A DNA stretch of 64,000 nucleotides. It comes from Candidatus Bathyarchaeia archaeon (lineage in GTDB: Archaea > Thermoproteota > Bathyarchaeia > Bathyarchaeales > Bathycorpusculaceae). This document shows, piece by piece, positions 39,538-48,600 of the stretch. The stretch spans positions 1 through 64,000 of the forward strand of contig JAVZNC010000001.1 in the NCBI GenBank assembly GCA_038882955.1, written 5' to 3'. Both the position numbers and the translations under genes were made by a program. The notes beneath the pieces were generated by a model. It was not told where the DNA came from, did no database searches, and saw only the letters and a list, made by a program, of their open reading frames with translations. Within the stretch, counting starts at the first letter, position 1, and each line of letters opens with the position of its first letter.

Positions 39538-40500
39538 CTATTTACGTTTACGGAATAGCTTAGCACCATCTATATCAGTTACATAGTCAAAGCCTTGCTC
39601 TAGCAGAGTCTTAGCCTCATCAAGGGTTCTAGCCACAGCAACATGGTACTCTTCAGATGGAAAGGCTACTAGGTGAGTGTAACGGAGAGTGGCTCTAAGG
39701 TCTCTATGACCCATTATAGATTTAACATATAGCAAATCTTTAGTTTTATAATATTCTAAGGAAGCCTTAAGGTGTCTAAGGTCGTAGAGGCGTATAGACT
39801 TAATGGAAGGGTCACCGAGCTTATTAGCAACCTTGTTACGTACACGTCTAAAGGTTTCAGATAGGGATTCAGACCTTATAGGAAAGAGCCTATCATTTAA
39901 AGATAGTTTTTTAATGGCTACGTAGGCTTTTAGCATAGCTAGTGTTTGAGGTGTAAGTTTAAGGGTTCTACCAGAGCAGTGTTTAGCACTTGTAACAGTC
40001 ACCATACCAGACTCTAAATCTACATCTTTAAGCCTTAACCATGTAAGCTCTATAGGTCTAAGACCTAGGTCTCTAATTATACTAAAGGCTAACGCATACC
40101 TTTTAGAAGCATTAGATATTATCAGATTAACCTTTTCCATAGTAGGTAGCTTTGGCAGTCTATCATAGCGTTTATAGAAGGGTTTAGACCATGCTAGACC
40201 GTTAGCCTTGCAATAGAGGTCGTAGGCTTCCACTAGAGTCTCTTTAAAAGCCATGCTACAACCTTTTAAAGCTATAAAGCCCTTTACAGTCTCTGGATTG
40301 GATAGGTCACAGTTTCTAGATAGGTGTCTAAGCCTTTTAGCAGTAGCCTTGATATAGCTTTCAGAGTAGGCGTTCTTTTTCATATACCATAGAGTATTAA
40401 AAAGTTTATCAGTTGGGGATGCTGTTATAGCTTTGGGGGATGATGTTGCCGTCCCAGACTGATTTATGCGGATGAGGAACTCATGACGGACAGACCCCAA
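39538..40500 (-). CDS. tyrosine recombinase/integrase
   Basis: GLRPIEL, SAKH, YDLRH, MGHRD, LRYTH; C-terminal GFDYVTDIDGAKLFRKRK; first ~23 codons overlap the sRNA antisense. Confidence 0.92.
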   Translation of the reverse strand: MGSVRHEFLIRINQSGTATSSPKAITASPTDKLFNTLWYMKKNAYSESYIKATAKRLRHLSRNCDLSNPETVKGFIALKGCSMAFKETLVEAYDLYCKANGLAWSKPFYKRYDRLPKLPTMEKVNLIISNASKRYALAFSIIRDLGLRPIELTWLRLKDVDLESGMVTVTSAKHCSGRTLKLTPQTLAMLKAYVAIKKLSLNDRLFPIRSESLSETFRRVRNKVANKLGDPSIKSIRLYDLRHLKASLEYYKTKDLLYVKSIMGHRDLRATLRYTHLVAFPSEEYHVAVARTLDEAKTLLEQGFDYVTDIDGAKLFRKRK

Positions 40501-40501
40501 A
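40432..40501 (+). ncRNA. box C/D guide sRNA (23S rRNA Gm2251 and ~Um2593, E. coli numbering)
   Basis: Terminal stem TTTGGGG/CCCCAAA; C ATGATGT 40440; guide TGCCGTCCCAGA; D' CTGA 40459; C' ATGAGGA 40472; guide ACTCATGACGGA; D CAGA 40491. Confidence 0.8.
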
Positions 40502-40521
40502 CAAACGCCCTTTATTACAAA

Positions 40522-41250
40522 CTACAAGCGAAAACGTTCTTGTAACTTCTTTTTGCGCTTAAGCCCAAAAGCCAATGCCAAAACCAACCCTGCAACAAAA
40601 CCGCCTATGTGTGCAAAGTAGGCTACGCCTCCAGAAAGGTCAAAGTACACGTAAAACCATTGTAGCAGGAACCATATGCCTAGGAAAATGAAAGCTGGAA
40701 CTGGCAGGATCGCATAGATAAACAGCGTTAAAATTATTGCTTTTGGGTAAAGTATGAAGTAGGCGCCTAAAACGCCTGATATGGCTCCAGAAGCCCCAAC
40801 AACACCGTCAGCCAAACTCGAAGTTATGGGCAAACCCACAAGCTGATAAAGCAAAGGTGCATACAACGTTACAAGAATGTGGGTGAAATCCGCGGCTAAC
40901 CCGCAGATAAGATAGAAGATTAGGTATCCTGCATGTCCAAAAACGTCTTCTACATTATCGCCGAAAACGAAGAGGAAAAGCATGTTTCCAAAAAGGTGAA
41001 ACCAGCTGGCATGCATAAACATCGAAGTAAACAATGTATATAGGCGTTCACCGTGGAGAATTTCGTTTGGCACCATCACAAAAGCGCCGCTTTGGCTTTC
41101 TGTTCCAGCCATGTAAACCGCGATTTTCTCGTCCAAAACCCCTATGCTTGAAAGCCAAAAAACAACAAAAATTGCTATGTTCAAAATTATTAGTAGGCGG
41201 TTTACGTGCGGCGTTGTTTTAGACCTATTAACGTCTCTAATGGGAAACAA
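40522..41250 (-). CDS. rhomboid intramembrane serine protease
   Basis: HLFGNMLFL, GASGAISG, AHIGGF. Confidence 0.93.
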   Translation of the reverse strand: MFPIRDVNRSKTTPHVNRLLIILNIAIFVVFWLSSIGVLDEKIAVYMAGTESQSGAFVMVPNEILHGERLYTLFTSMFMHASWFHLFGNMLFLFVFGDNVEDVFGHAGYLIFYLICGLAADFTHILVTLYAPLLYQLVGLPITSSLADGVVGASGAISGVLGAYFILYPKAIILTLFIYAILPVPAFIFLGIWFLLQWFYVYFDLSGGVAYFAHIGGFVAGLVLALAFGLKRKKKLQERFRL

Positions 41251-41314
41251 GCGAAACTCACTGACTGAAAGGTAGACGCCAAAAGGCTATTTAATCCTTT
41301 AACCAGTCACGGGC

Positions 41315-41689
41315 TCAGTAAGCCAAACACTCAATCATCCTTTCGCAAGTTAAACACTCGTCTGGAATAGGCGTGTTCTTTGGACGCTTCCGTAAATACC
41401 CAAGAAAATGCTTACAACCAGCAGCACTCGCATGCTCACCAACCTTTTCAGTCCTCTCAACCTTTTCGACAATTGCTCGGTTCTCTTCTCTCTCCTCGCC
41501 ACGTTTACGCTCTTTAACGTCAACCCTTGAAAGACAACGCGGACAAGCATAATAAACATGAACACACCCACCAGAAGAATCCGTCGCCAAAAGAGGCCTC
41601 TGAAAAGTTTCATGACACCCACTGCAGCGATAACTACCCAAACCCAAATCTTCATAGCCAACACGAATCGCGCTTAAACTCTTTTCCAT
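41315..41689 (-). CDS. zinc-finger hypothetical protein
   Basis: CSGC, YYACPRC, CKHFLGYL..IPDECLTC..MIEC. Confidence 0.7.
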   Translation of the reverse strand: MEKSLSAIRVGYEDLGLGSYRCSGCHETFQRPLLATDSSGGCVHVYYACPRCLSRVDVKERKRGEEREENRAIVEKVERTEKVGEHASAAGCKHFLGYLRKRPKNTPIPDECLTCERMIECLAY

Positions 41690-41788
41690 AGCGTGCACCT
41701 TTCCACAATACATATCGAAAATATTGACATTTAATAAACCTTTTTGCGTACATGTACAACAAAAAGACACAATAACAAACACACAAAA

Positions 41789-41863
41789 TGGGCCCGGCCG
41801 GATTTGAACCGGCGACCAACAGGTTATGAGCCTGTCGCTCTAACCTAGCTGAGCTACGGGCCC
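41789..41863 (-). tRNA. tRNA with CAT anticodon, most likely tRNA-Ile2
   Basis: Reverse complement GGGCCCGTAGCTCAGCTAGGTTAGAGCGACAGGCTCATAACCTGTTGGTCGCCGGTTCAAATCCGGCCGGGCCCA; GGGCCCG acceptor typical of archaeal Ile tRNAs; no encoded CCA. Confidence 0.92.
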
Positions 41864-42001
41864 TTGTTCGCGTTTGCCGCGTATTTTGCGCTATTTAGTA
41901 TGCTTGTGGGAATTTAATTTAAACGTTTTCCGCGTTTAAGGGTTTGGTGGAAAATTTAAAAGGCTGATATGCAAAGAATTTATGTTTTGGAGAAAGGTCT
42001 T

Positions 42002-42283
42002 ATGGAACTAAAGGTTTTCACCTTGCCCACGTGTCCAGTTTGCCCAGTCGCCAAAACAATTGCTGCAGAGGTTGCGCAGAAGTTCGGCGTCGCCTTTAGA
42101 GAAGTGAACATGGCAACAGAGGAAGGACTAAAAGAAGGATTAGCCTACCAGATTATGAGCACGCCAAGCATAACCATCGATGATGAGGTCATAGTCAAGG
42201 GGCACCTCATTTCAAAGGAGAAACTTGAGGAAGAAGTCAAAAAGCGAATAGAAAAGTGGAAGGAGAGAGCCACCGCAAAATAA
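42002..42283 (+). CDS. thioredoxin/glutaredoxin-like protein
   Basis: CPVC, IMSTP. Confidence 0.88.
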   Translation: MELKVFTLPTCPVCPVAKTIAAEVAQKFGVAFREVNMATEEGLKEGLAYQIMSTPSITIDDEVIVKGHLISKEKLEEEVKKRIEKWKERATAK

Positions 42284-42672
42284 CGGCGTTTATACCTTTA
42301 AAGTGGAGAAAAATCTTGGAAGTAAAAAAAGCCCTAACAGTTTTCCATTACGCCGAGAAGATAAAGTCAAACCTAATTCTAGCAGCAAAACTTCTAGAAG
42401 CATTAGAGAACATGAAACAAGAGGAAGTTGCTGGCGCAGAGAAAATCTTCATTGCCTATCTGAACTCATTCATTTCTGAAGCTCACATTGCAGCTAACGC
42501 CTCTGGAGTTAAGCAATTCATGGACGTAGGCGCAAAACTTGACGAAGCTATTGAACAAACGTTAAGGCATGACTATTATGCGACAATGAAGCTAATTTCA
42601 GAGGCTATATCAATCATAACTACAAGTGGCAGTGCCGCCGCAGAAATTTTGAAAGAGAAAAATCTAATCTAG
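42256..42672 (+). CDS. hypothetical helical protein
   Basis: ORF following the thioredoxin gene; true start probably TTG near 42316. Confidence 0.65.
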   Translation: MEGESHRKITAFIPLKWRKILEVKKALTVFHYAEKIKSNLILAAKLLEALENMKQEEVAGAEKIFIAYLNSFISEAHIAANASGVKQFMDVGAKLDEAIEQTLRHDYYATMKLISEAISIITTSGSAAAEILKEKNLI

Positions 42673-43541
42673 ACTTGAGTTTTCACGTAGTGGTAAAGGT
42701 ATTCTTGCGCGTAGCCCGCATAATCGCCGAAGTATTTTCTCCCAAAAAGGTTAAGCTCTTTATATATGGAAGGCGTTAAAGACTCTTTTCTGGACAACCT
42801 CGCCAAAAAATCCTCTGGAAAGTGATGTGCATAAAATTTTAGGATAGCACGCCTTATCCAAACGTCCACCGGAAAAGCCTCAAACTTTTCCAAGCTAAAC
42901 AGCAACACACAATCAGCAACTTTACAGCCCACACCTGGAAAGCGCAGCAACTCACCCTTAGCCCTTTCATAACTAATTTTTTTTAATCGCTTAAAACCGA
43001 AGCTGGCTTCGCATATGGCTTTCGCTGTTTCATGTACGTATTTTGCTCTATATCCAAGACCGCATCCCTCTAACTCCTTAACTGTTGCCCCTGCAACTTT
43101 TTCCGCTGTTGGAAAAGTGTAGAACTCCATCCCATCGAAGCATGTTTTTTCGCCAAATCTTCTTGACAGCGCCTCAAGCATCTTCCGTATTGCTGGAATG
43201 TTTTTGTATGTTGCGCAGATGTAGGAGATGAGGCATTCCCATGGTTCTTGGCGGATGATGCGCAAGCCCTTTGAAGCTTCAATGGCGTTTTTAATGTGTT
43301 CGTCCTTGCAGATTTTTCCGTAAATCCACGGCAAATCATCATTCAACCCAAAATAGTTCCTCACAAACTTTTCGTCAACATTCTCAAACTCAAGCTTTTC
43401 GCGGTTTTGACGTATTTTAAACGCCTTTCCTCCCACAACACCATACCACCATTCACCGTGCCTAATCCACCTAAAGGCTTGACCACAACAAAGCGTAACA
43501 TCTAAATCGAACAGGGTTGCTGACTTTAGCGTTATCTTCAT
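42669..43541 (-). CDS. 8-oxoguanine DNA glycosylase (OGG1/HhH-GPD family)
   Basis: CGQAFRW, LRIIRQEPWECLISYI, GLGYRAKY, PGVGCKVADC, FPVDVW, AGYAQEYLY. Confidence 0.9.
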   Translation of the reverse strand: MKITLKSATLFDLDVTLCCGQAFRWIRHGEWWYGVVGGKAFKIRQNREKLEFENVDEKFVRNYFGLNDDLPWIYGKICKDEHIKNAIEASKGLRIIRQEPWECLISYICATYKNIPAIRKMLEALSRRFGEKTCFDGMEFYTFPTAEKVAGATVKELEGCGLGYRAKYVHETAKAICEASFGFKRLKKISYERAKGELLRFPGVGCKVADCVLLFSLEKFEAFPVDVWIRRAILKFYAHHFPEDFLARLSRKESLTPSIYKELNLFGRKYFGDYAGYAQEYLYHYVKTQV

Positions 43542-43543
43542 CT

Positions 43544-44446
43544 TTATGTGGGCTCCCGCTGGATGTTTTTCCGCATAAACTTCCAATTGTGTGCAACTTG
43601 AAAGCCTAGCTTTTGCAGGAGAGTTACTGATGGAATGTTCTGTTCAGCAGTATATAATGCAACAGAATCGTATCCACGCGTGTATAGAAAGTTCATTGCA
43701 CGACATGTTAATGCGCATGCAAGCCCTTTCCCGCGGTATTGCGGGATGGTTGCCGCTGGACCCATATAACCCCTTTTTCCCCCATAATATTCGTTGTATT
43801 CCGTGTCCGGACGTGAAACAACCACGGAAACAATTTTGCAACCAGCGTCAGCAACGTGTATCCATTCTTCGTTGAAGGGTGGATGCTCATCTTTCCAACG
43901 TTGGATTGCGCCCACACTGATTCTTTCCCAGCCGAATCCAGCATTAACAGCCTCGACAAACGCTTTCTCCTCTTCTGGTTTTAGGCTGCGGAGGATTATG
44001 CCCTCTGGAACCTTTGGAATAGGCTTTAACCCTTTAAGCTTGGCAATCATGTGGTATAATCCGCCTTCAGCTTTGTATCCTCGTTCAACCCATTCGGCGA
44101 TTTTTGGGCTTTCAACATCAACAGCTGTGAAAACTGCAGAGCCCTTAACGCGCTTCTCAATCGCTTTAACTAACGCGTCTTCAATAGCCCTTTTGTCCAC
44201 AACATCCTTTGTGGCGAGCCACTCAATTTCCTCACCCCAATGCCCATCCCTATACAAGGCAACACCCAAAATTTCGCCTTTCACCTCTGCAACAAAAATC
44301 TCGGCGTTTCCACGTTGGAGCCAAAAGCGAACATCGTCTTCGCGGTAAGGAGTAAACTCGTAAACTCCTCGATAAGCTTGATTAAGTAAATTGACGATTG
44401 CAGGCAAATCTTTCTCTTCGAAGTTTCTGATTTTAAAGTTGCTCAT
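43544..44446 (-). CDS. tandem GNAT acetyltransferase
   Basis: PQYRGKGLA, NIPSVTLLQKLGF. Confidence 0.85.
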   Translation of the reverse strand: MSNFKIRNFEEKDLPAIVNLLNQAYRGVYEFTPYREDDVRFWLQRGNAEIFVAEVKGEILGVALYRDGHWGEEIEWLATKDVVDKRAIEDALVKAIEKRVKGSAVFTAVDVESPKIAEWVERGYKAEGGLYHMIAKLKGLKPIPKVPEGIILRSLKPEEEKAFVEAVNAGFGWERISVGAIQRWKDEHPPFNEEWIHVADAGCKIVSVVVSRPDTEYNEYYGGKRGYMGPAATIPQYRGKGLACALTCRAMNFLYTRGYDSVALYTAEQNIPSVTLLQKLGFQVAHNWKFMRKNIQREPT

Positions 44447-44661
44447 TTTCTCTATTGCACAAGGCTGGAAAGGTGTAATAAACCTTTACTTTAAATGGAA
44501 AATTTTAAGCTTTAATGAATTTTTTGAAATTGAACGCTTTTTCCAAAAAGGCTTGTTTTCGGGTTTTTTGTTTTCCGCGATTATGTATACAAATACGTTC
44601 GCTTCTGGAATGTCTTTTGCGGCAGTTTCAAAGTTGTTGTGGAAAGGGTTTAAATAACAAA

Positions 44662-44677
44662 GCCCTACATTTAGCGT
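44662..44677. promoter_or_regulatory. NrdR box candidate
   Basis: GCCCTACATTTAGCGT resembles acaCwAtATaTwGtgt; directly after the TTTAAATA box; weaker copy at ~44695. Confidence 0.55.
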
Positions 44678-44717
44678 CTACTTTGGTTATAAAAGCACTA
44701 AATTTCAGCGTGAAAAA

Positions 44718-45164
44718 ATGAAATGTCCATATTGCGGCTCCGAGAACATCAAAACCCTTGAAACAAGAGACTCGCCAGACAATACTGTTAGGAGGCGCAA
44801 GGAATGCGCAGACTGTGAAAAGCGCTTCACAACTTACGAATATGTGGAGACAATTGAGCTTATGGTTAAGAAGAAGGATGGAAGACTCGAAAGGTTCGAC
44901 CTAAACAAGATTGTCCGCGGTCTCCAGAAGGCATGTGAAAAAAGACCAGTAACAATGGAGCAAATTCGCGAGTTAGCAGAACGTGTAAGGCAGGATTTGG
45001 CGAGGCTTGGAAGGGAAGAGGTTAGCTCGCAGGAGATTGGCGATTTAGTTATGAAGTACTTGAAGAATCTTGACCGTGTCGCGTACATTAGGTTTGCTTC
45101 AGTTTATAGACGATTTGAAGAACCAGAAGATTTCCGCAAAGTGCTTTTAGAGGTGAAAAAATGA
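44718..45164 (+). CDS. nrdR: transcriptional repressor NrdR
   Basis: MKCPYC, RRRKEC..C..RFTTYE, ATP cone, VAYIRFASVY. Confidence 0.95.
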   Translation: MKCPYCGSENIKTLETRDSPDNTVRRRKECADCEKRFTTYEYVETIELMVKKKDGRLERFDLNKIVRGLQKACEKRPVTMEQIRELAERVRQDLARLGREEVSSQEIGDLVMKYLKNLDRVAYIRFASVYRRFEEPEDFRKVLLEVKK

Positions 45165-47284
45165 AATTTGTTAGAAAACGTGATGGTAGGTTAGAGGCGT
45201 TTGACCAGGAGCGTATAACAAACGCCATTTGGAAAGCCGCCAAGGCAGTTGGCGGAAAAGACCGTGAACTAGCCAAGAAATTAAGCGATAGAGTTGTTGA
45301 AATACTCAAGCAGCGGTTCGGGGAGGAAGGAGTCCCAACAGTAGAGGAAATCCAAGACATAGTCGAAAAAGTGCTGATTGAAAATGGACATGCACGAACA
45401 GCTAAAGCCTACATACTCTACCGCAAGCAACACCAAGATTTAAGGGAGTTAGCAGCCCTCCTAAGCTCAGCAGACCTCGTAGACCAATACCTAGAAATTG
45501 AGGACTGGCGCGTAAAAGAAAACTCAAACATGAGTTATTCGCTGCAGGGCTTGAACAATTACCTCTCATCCACAGTCATAGCAAAGTACTGGATTACAAG
45601 GATTTACCCGCCGAAAATCGCGGATGCACACTTCTCTGGAGACATGCACATCCACGACCTAGGCGTTCTGGGACCATACTGCGTAGGATGGGACATCAAA
45701 GACTTGCTTCTTTCAGGCTTCGGAGGAGTTGCTGGAAAAATTGAAAGCAAACCAGCAAAACACTTCAGAACAGCCCTAGGACAAATAGTCAACTTCTTCT
45801 ACACGCTTCAAGGCGAAGCAGCAGGAGCGCAAGCCTTCAGCAGTTTCGACACGTACCTGGCGCCATTCATATACTATGATAAGCTAAGCCAGAAGGAAGT
45901 TGAACAAGCGCTTCAAGAGTTCTTCTTCAATATGAACGTGCCGACGCGTGTTGGTTTTCAGACGCCCTTCACAAATGTTACTTTAGATTTGAGCGTCCCA
46001 GAGTTCATGAAGGATGAGCCCGTAATTGTAGGCGGACAGGTTATGGAGAAAACTTATGGCGAAATGGGAGAGGAAATGCGAATTTTTAACACGGCGTTCG
46101 CTGAGGTCATGAGTCAAGGCGACGCGAAAGGCAGAGTTTTCACATTTCCGATACCAACATACAACATAACCAAGGATTTTGATTGGGAATCGCTCATATC
46201 CCAAAAAATCTTTGAAGTAACAGCGAAATATGGCGTGCCATACTTCTCAAACTTCATAAACAGTGACATGAAACCAGAAGACGTTAGGAGCATGTGCTGT
46301 CGCCTAAGAATAGACAACCGCGAACTCCGCAAGAGAGGTGGCGGATTCTTCGGCGCCAACCCATTAACGGGTTCAATAGGCGTCGTGACGCTTAACATGC
46401 CGCGGATTGGTTATCTGGCGAAGAATGAGGATGAGTTTTTTGAGCGTTTGGAGGCGCTTATGGAAATAGCAAAGGACAGCCTAGAAATAAAGCGCAAAGC
46501 CCTAGAAAACTTCACAGAAAACGGCTTATACCCATATTCTAGGCGCTATCTGCGCAATGTTAAAGAAACTTTCGGCAAATACTGGAAGAACCACTTCTCG
46601 ACAATTGGACTTGTAGGTATGAACGAGGCGATAATGAACCTCTTCGGCTTCAGCATAGCCTCTCCGGAAGGTTTGGAATTCGCAGTTAAAGTGCTCAATT
46701 TTATGCGAGAAAAACTTGCAGACTTCCAAGAAGAGACTGAAAACATTTACAATTTGGAGGCAACACCAGCTGAAGGCACAAGTTATAGGCTTGCTCGCAT
46801 AGACAAGCGGAAATATCCAGACATAATTGTGGCAAATGAGCGCCACCTCTCGAAAGGCGCGGAGCCCTTCTACACGAATTCTTCGCAGTTGCCAGTTGAC
46901 TTTGAAGGCGACTTGTTTGAGGCTTTGGAACATCAAGAAAGGCTGCAGACGCTTTATACTGGCGGAACAGTCTTCCACATATACTTGGGCGAAAGGCTTT
47001 ACTCGTGGAGGTCCGCTGCCGAGTTAATCCGCAAAGTGACATGGAGCACACACTTGCCATATTTCACCTTAACGCCGACGTTTAGCATATGCCCAACACA
47101 CGGCTACACAAACGGCGAACACAAACAATGCCCAATCTGCGGAGCAAAATGTGAAGTCTATTCGCGTGTGGTTGGTTACCTACGCCCAGTAGACCAGTGG
47201 AACGATGGAAAACAGGCGGAATTCGCCATACGCAGAACATTTGACAAATCCGTTGTTGTGGCTGTTCCAGCGATTCCAGCGTGA
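45161..47284 (+). CDS. nrdD: class III anaerobic ribonucleotide reductase with ATP cone
   Basis: ATP cone, HIHDL, SMCCRL, EATPAEG, YSRVVGYLRP glycyl-radical motif. Confidence 0.95.
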   Translation: MKFVRKRDGRLEAFDQERITNAIWKAAKAVGGKDRELAKKLSDRVVEILKQRFGEEGVPTVEEIQDIVEKVLIENGHARTAKAYILYRKQHQDLRELAALLSSADLVDQYLEIEDWRVKENSNMSYSLQGLNNYLSSTVIAKYWITRIYPPKIADAHFSGDMHIHDLGVLGPYCVGWDIKDLLLSGFGGVAGKIESKPAKHFRTALGQIVNFFYTLQGEAAGAQAFSSFDTYLAPFIYYDKLSQKEVEQALQEFFFNMNVPTRVGFQTPFTNVTLDLSVPEFMKDEPVIVGGQVMEKTYGEMGEEMRIFNTAFAEVMSQGDAKGRVFTFPIPTYNITKDFDWESLISQKIFEVTAKYGVPYFSNFINSDMKPEDVRSMCCRLRIDNRELRKRGGGFFGANPLTGSIGVVTLNMPRIGYLAKNEDEFFERLEALMEIAKDSLEIKRKALENFTENGLYPYSRRYLRNVKETFGKYWKNHFSTIGLVGMNEAIMNLFGFSIASPEGLEFAVKVLNFMREKLADFQEETENIYNLEATPAEGTSYRLARIDKRKYPDIIVANERHLSKGAEPFYTNSSQLPVDFEGDLFEALEHQERLQTLYTGGTVFHIYLGERLYSWRSAAELIRKVTWSTHLPYFTLTPTFSICPTHGYTNGEHKQCPICGAKCEVYSRVVGYLRPVDQWNDGKQAEFAIRRTFDKSVVVAVPAIPA

Positions 47285-47300
47285 AAAAGGGAAAAGCCAA

Positions 47301-47978
47301 ATGAAGTTTAGCGGAATCCAGAAAACAAGCCTCATAGACTTCCCAGAAAAAGTAGCAACAGTGCTTTTTACACCAAGCTGCAACCTGCGCTGTCCATACT
47401 GCCACAACTGGCGCATAGTCATAGACCCAAAACCGCCATTTCTACAAGAAGAGACTGTGCTCAAGATTCTGGAAAGCCGCAAGAAATTTGTTGACGCTGT
47501 TGTTGTCACTGGCGGAGAGCCAACAATGCATAAGGAGATGCCGCGATTCCTAAAGAAACTTAAGGAGAGAGATTTCGCGGTTAAACTTGACACTAACGGT
47601 TTTTACCCACAAGTGCTTGAACAGTGCCTCGCCCACGTGGATTATGTTGCCCTAGACGTGAAAACATCACTGGAAAAGTATCCGAAACTGGGCGCAAAAA
47701 ACGTGGATGACTTGCTCCGCACAATAGAGATTTTGAAAACTGGAAAAGTTGCATACGAGTTTAGGACAACTGTTGTTCCAGGATTTGTGGACGCTGAGGA
47801 TGTACAGAAAATAGGCGAAGTTGTTAAAGGCGCGAAAACATTTGCCTTTCAGCAGTTTATTCCAGACAACGCGTTTGACGAAAGTTTTAGGATAATCAAG
47901 CCATACCCGCCCACAACAATCGCCGAGTTTGCAGAGACCATGAAGAAGTATGTGGACAATGTTGTGTTGCGCGTTTGA
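47301..47978 (+). CDS. nrdG: anaerobic RNR activating radical SAM protein
   Basis: CNLRCPYCHN, TGGEPT, LDTNG, EFRTT. Confidence 0.92.
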   Translation: MKFSGIQKTSLIDFPEKVATVLFTPSCNLRCPYCHNWRIVIDPKPPFLQEETVLKILESRKKFVDAVVVTGGEPTMHKEMPRFLKKLKERDFAVKLDTNGFYPQVLEQCLAHVDYVALDVKTSLEKYPKLGAKNVDDLLRTIEILKTGKVAYEFRTTVVPGFVDAEDVQKIGEVVKGAKTFAFQQFIPDNAFDESFRIIKPYPPTTIAEFAETMKKYVDNVVLRV

Positions 47979-48045
47979 AGCGTAAAGTTTAAAGGTTTAA
48001 TGGTTGGTTAAGGTTTCGATTGCCCTTATAAAAGGTGTTTTAGGT

Positions 48046-48597
48046 TTGAGTTTGGAAGAAGAAAGTTTAGAGGAAAGAAAGGCGAAGATGCTCATAAAAC
48101 TTAGAGGCTACAAGCTCGTTAAAAGGGAAAAGTATGAGGATGCTGTTGGCTTTCTTGTTGAAATTCCAAAGGAGAAGGAAAAAGCCCTAATATGGTGCAT
48201 CCCAGAAGACAGCGCCGTTGGAATAACATCAATAAACCGCATGCAAAAAGTCATGAAGGAAGAAGGCATTGAAAGGGGAATAGTAATTACTGGCGGCAGA
48301 TACACACACGCCGTCAAGCAAGGCGCAAAGAAGAAGAAAATTGAGCTTTTACCAAAAACTTTTCCAGCATTCGACATTTTCGAACACAAGCTTGTTCCAA
48401 AACACGAGATCCTAACAGAGGAAGAGAAGGAGCAGCTTCTTGCGCAATATAAGGTTAAGCCTTACCAGCTTCCACAGATAAAGGCTTCAGACCCAGCCGT
48501 AAAAGCTATAGGCGCCAAGCCAGGCGACATACTACGCATAATCCGCAGAAGCCCTACAGCAGGCGAGCACATAGCTTATCGCTACGTTGTTGAATAG
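48046..48597 (+). CDS. rpoH: RNA polymerase subunit H/Rpo5 with Rpb5-like N-terminal domain
   Basis: [10 protein letters not shown]...LPQIKASDP...[13 protein letters not shown] preceded by a ~105-aa extra domain. Confidence 0.92.
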   Translation: MSLEEESLEERKAKMLIKLRGYKLVKREKYEDAVGFLVEIPKEKEKALIWCIPEDSAVGITSINRMQKVMKEEGIERGIVITGGRYTHAVKQGAKKKKIELLPKTFPAFDIFEHKLVPKHEILTEEEKEQLLAQYKVKPYQLPQIKASDPAVKAIGAKPGDILRIIRRSPTAGEHIAYRYVVE

Positions 48598-48600
48598 CGC

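Larger units (their letters stand above)
36845..40432. mobile_element. AT-rich, partly decayed integrative element with tyrosine integrase
   Basis: Composition shift after rnp2; pseudogenes, HTH/HEPN-like genes; integrase abutting a C/D sRNA. Confidence 0.7.

Noticed and set aside
41789-41863. tRNA-Met call
   Set aside because: The acceptor stem GGGCCCG matches archaeal Ile tRNAs rather than initiator or elongator Met; Ile2 preferred.
44480-44640. Short ORFs upstream of nrdR
   Set aside because: No recognisable motif; probably intergenic or decayed sequence.
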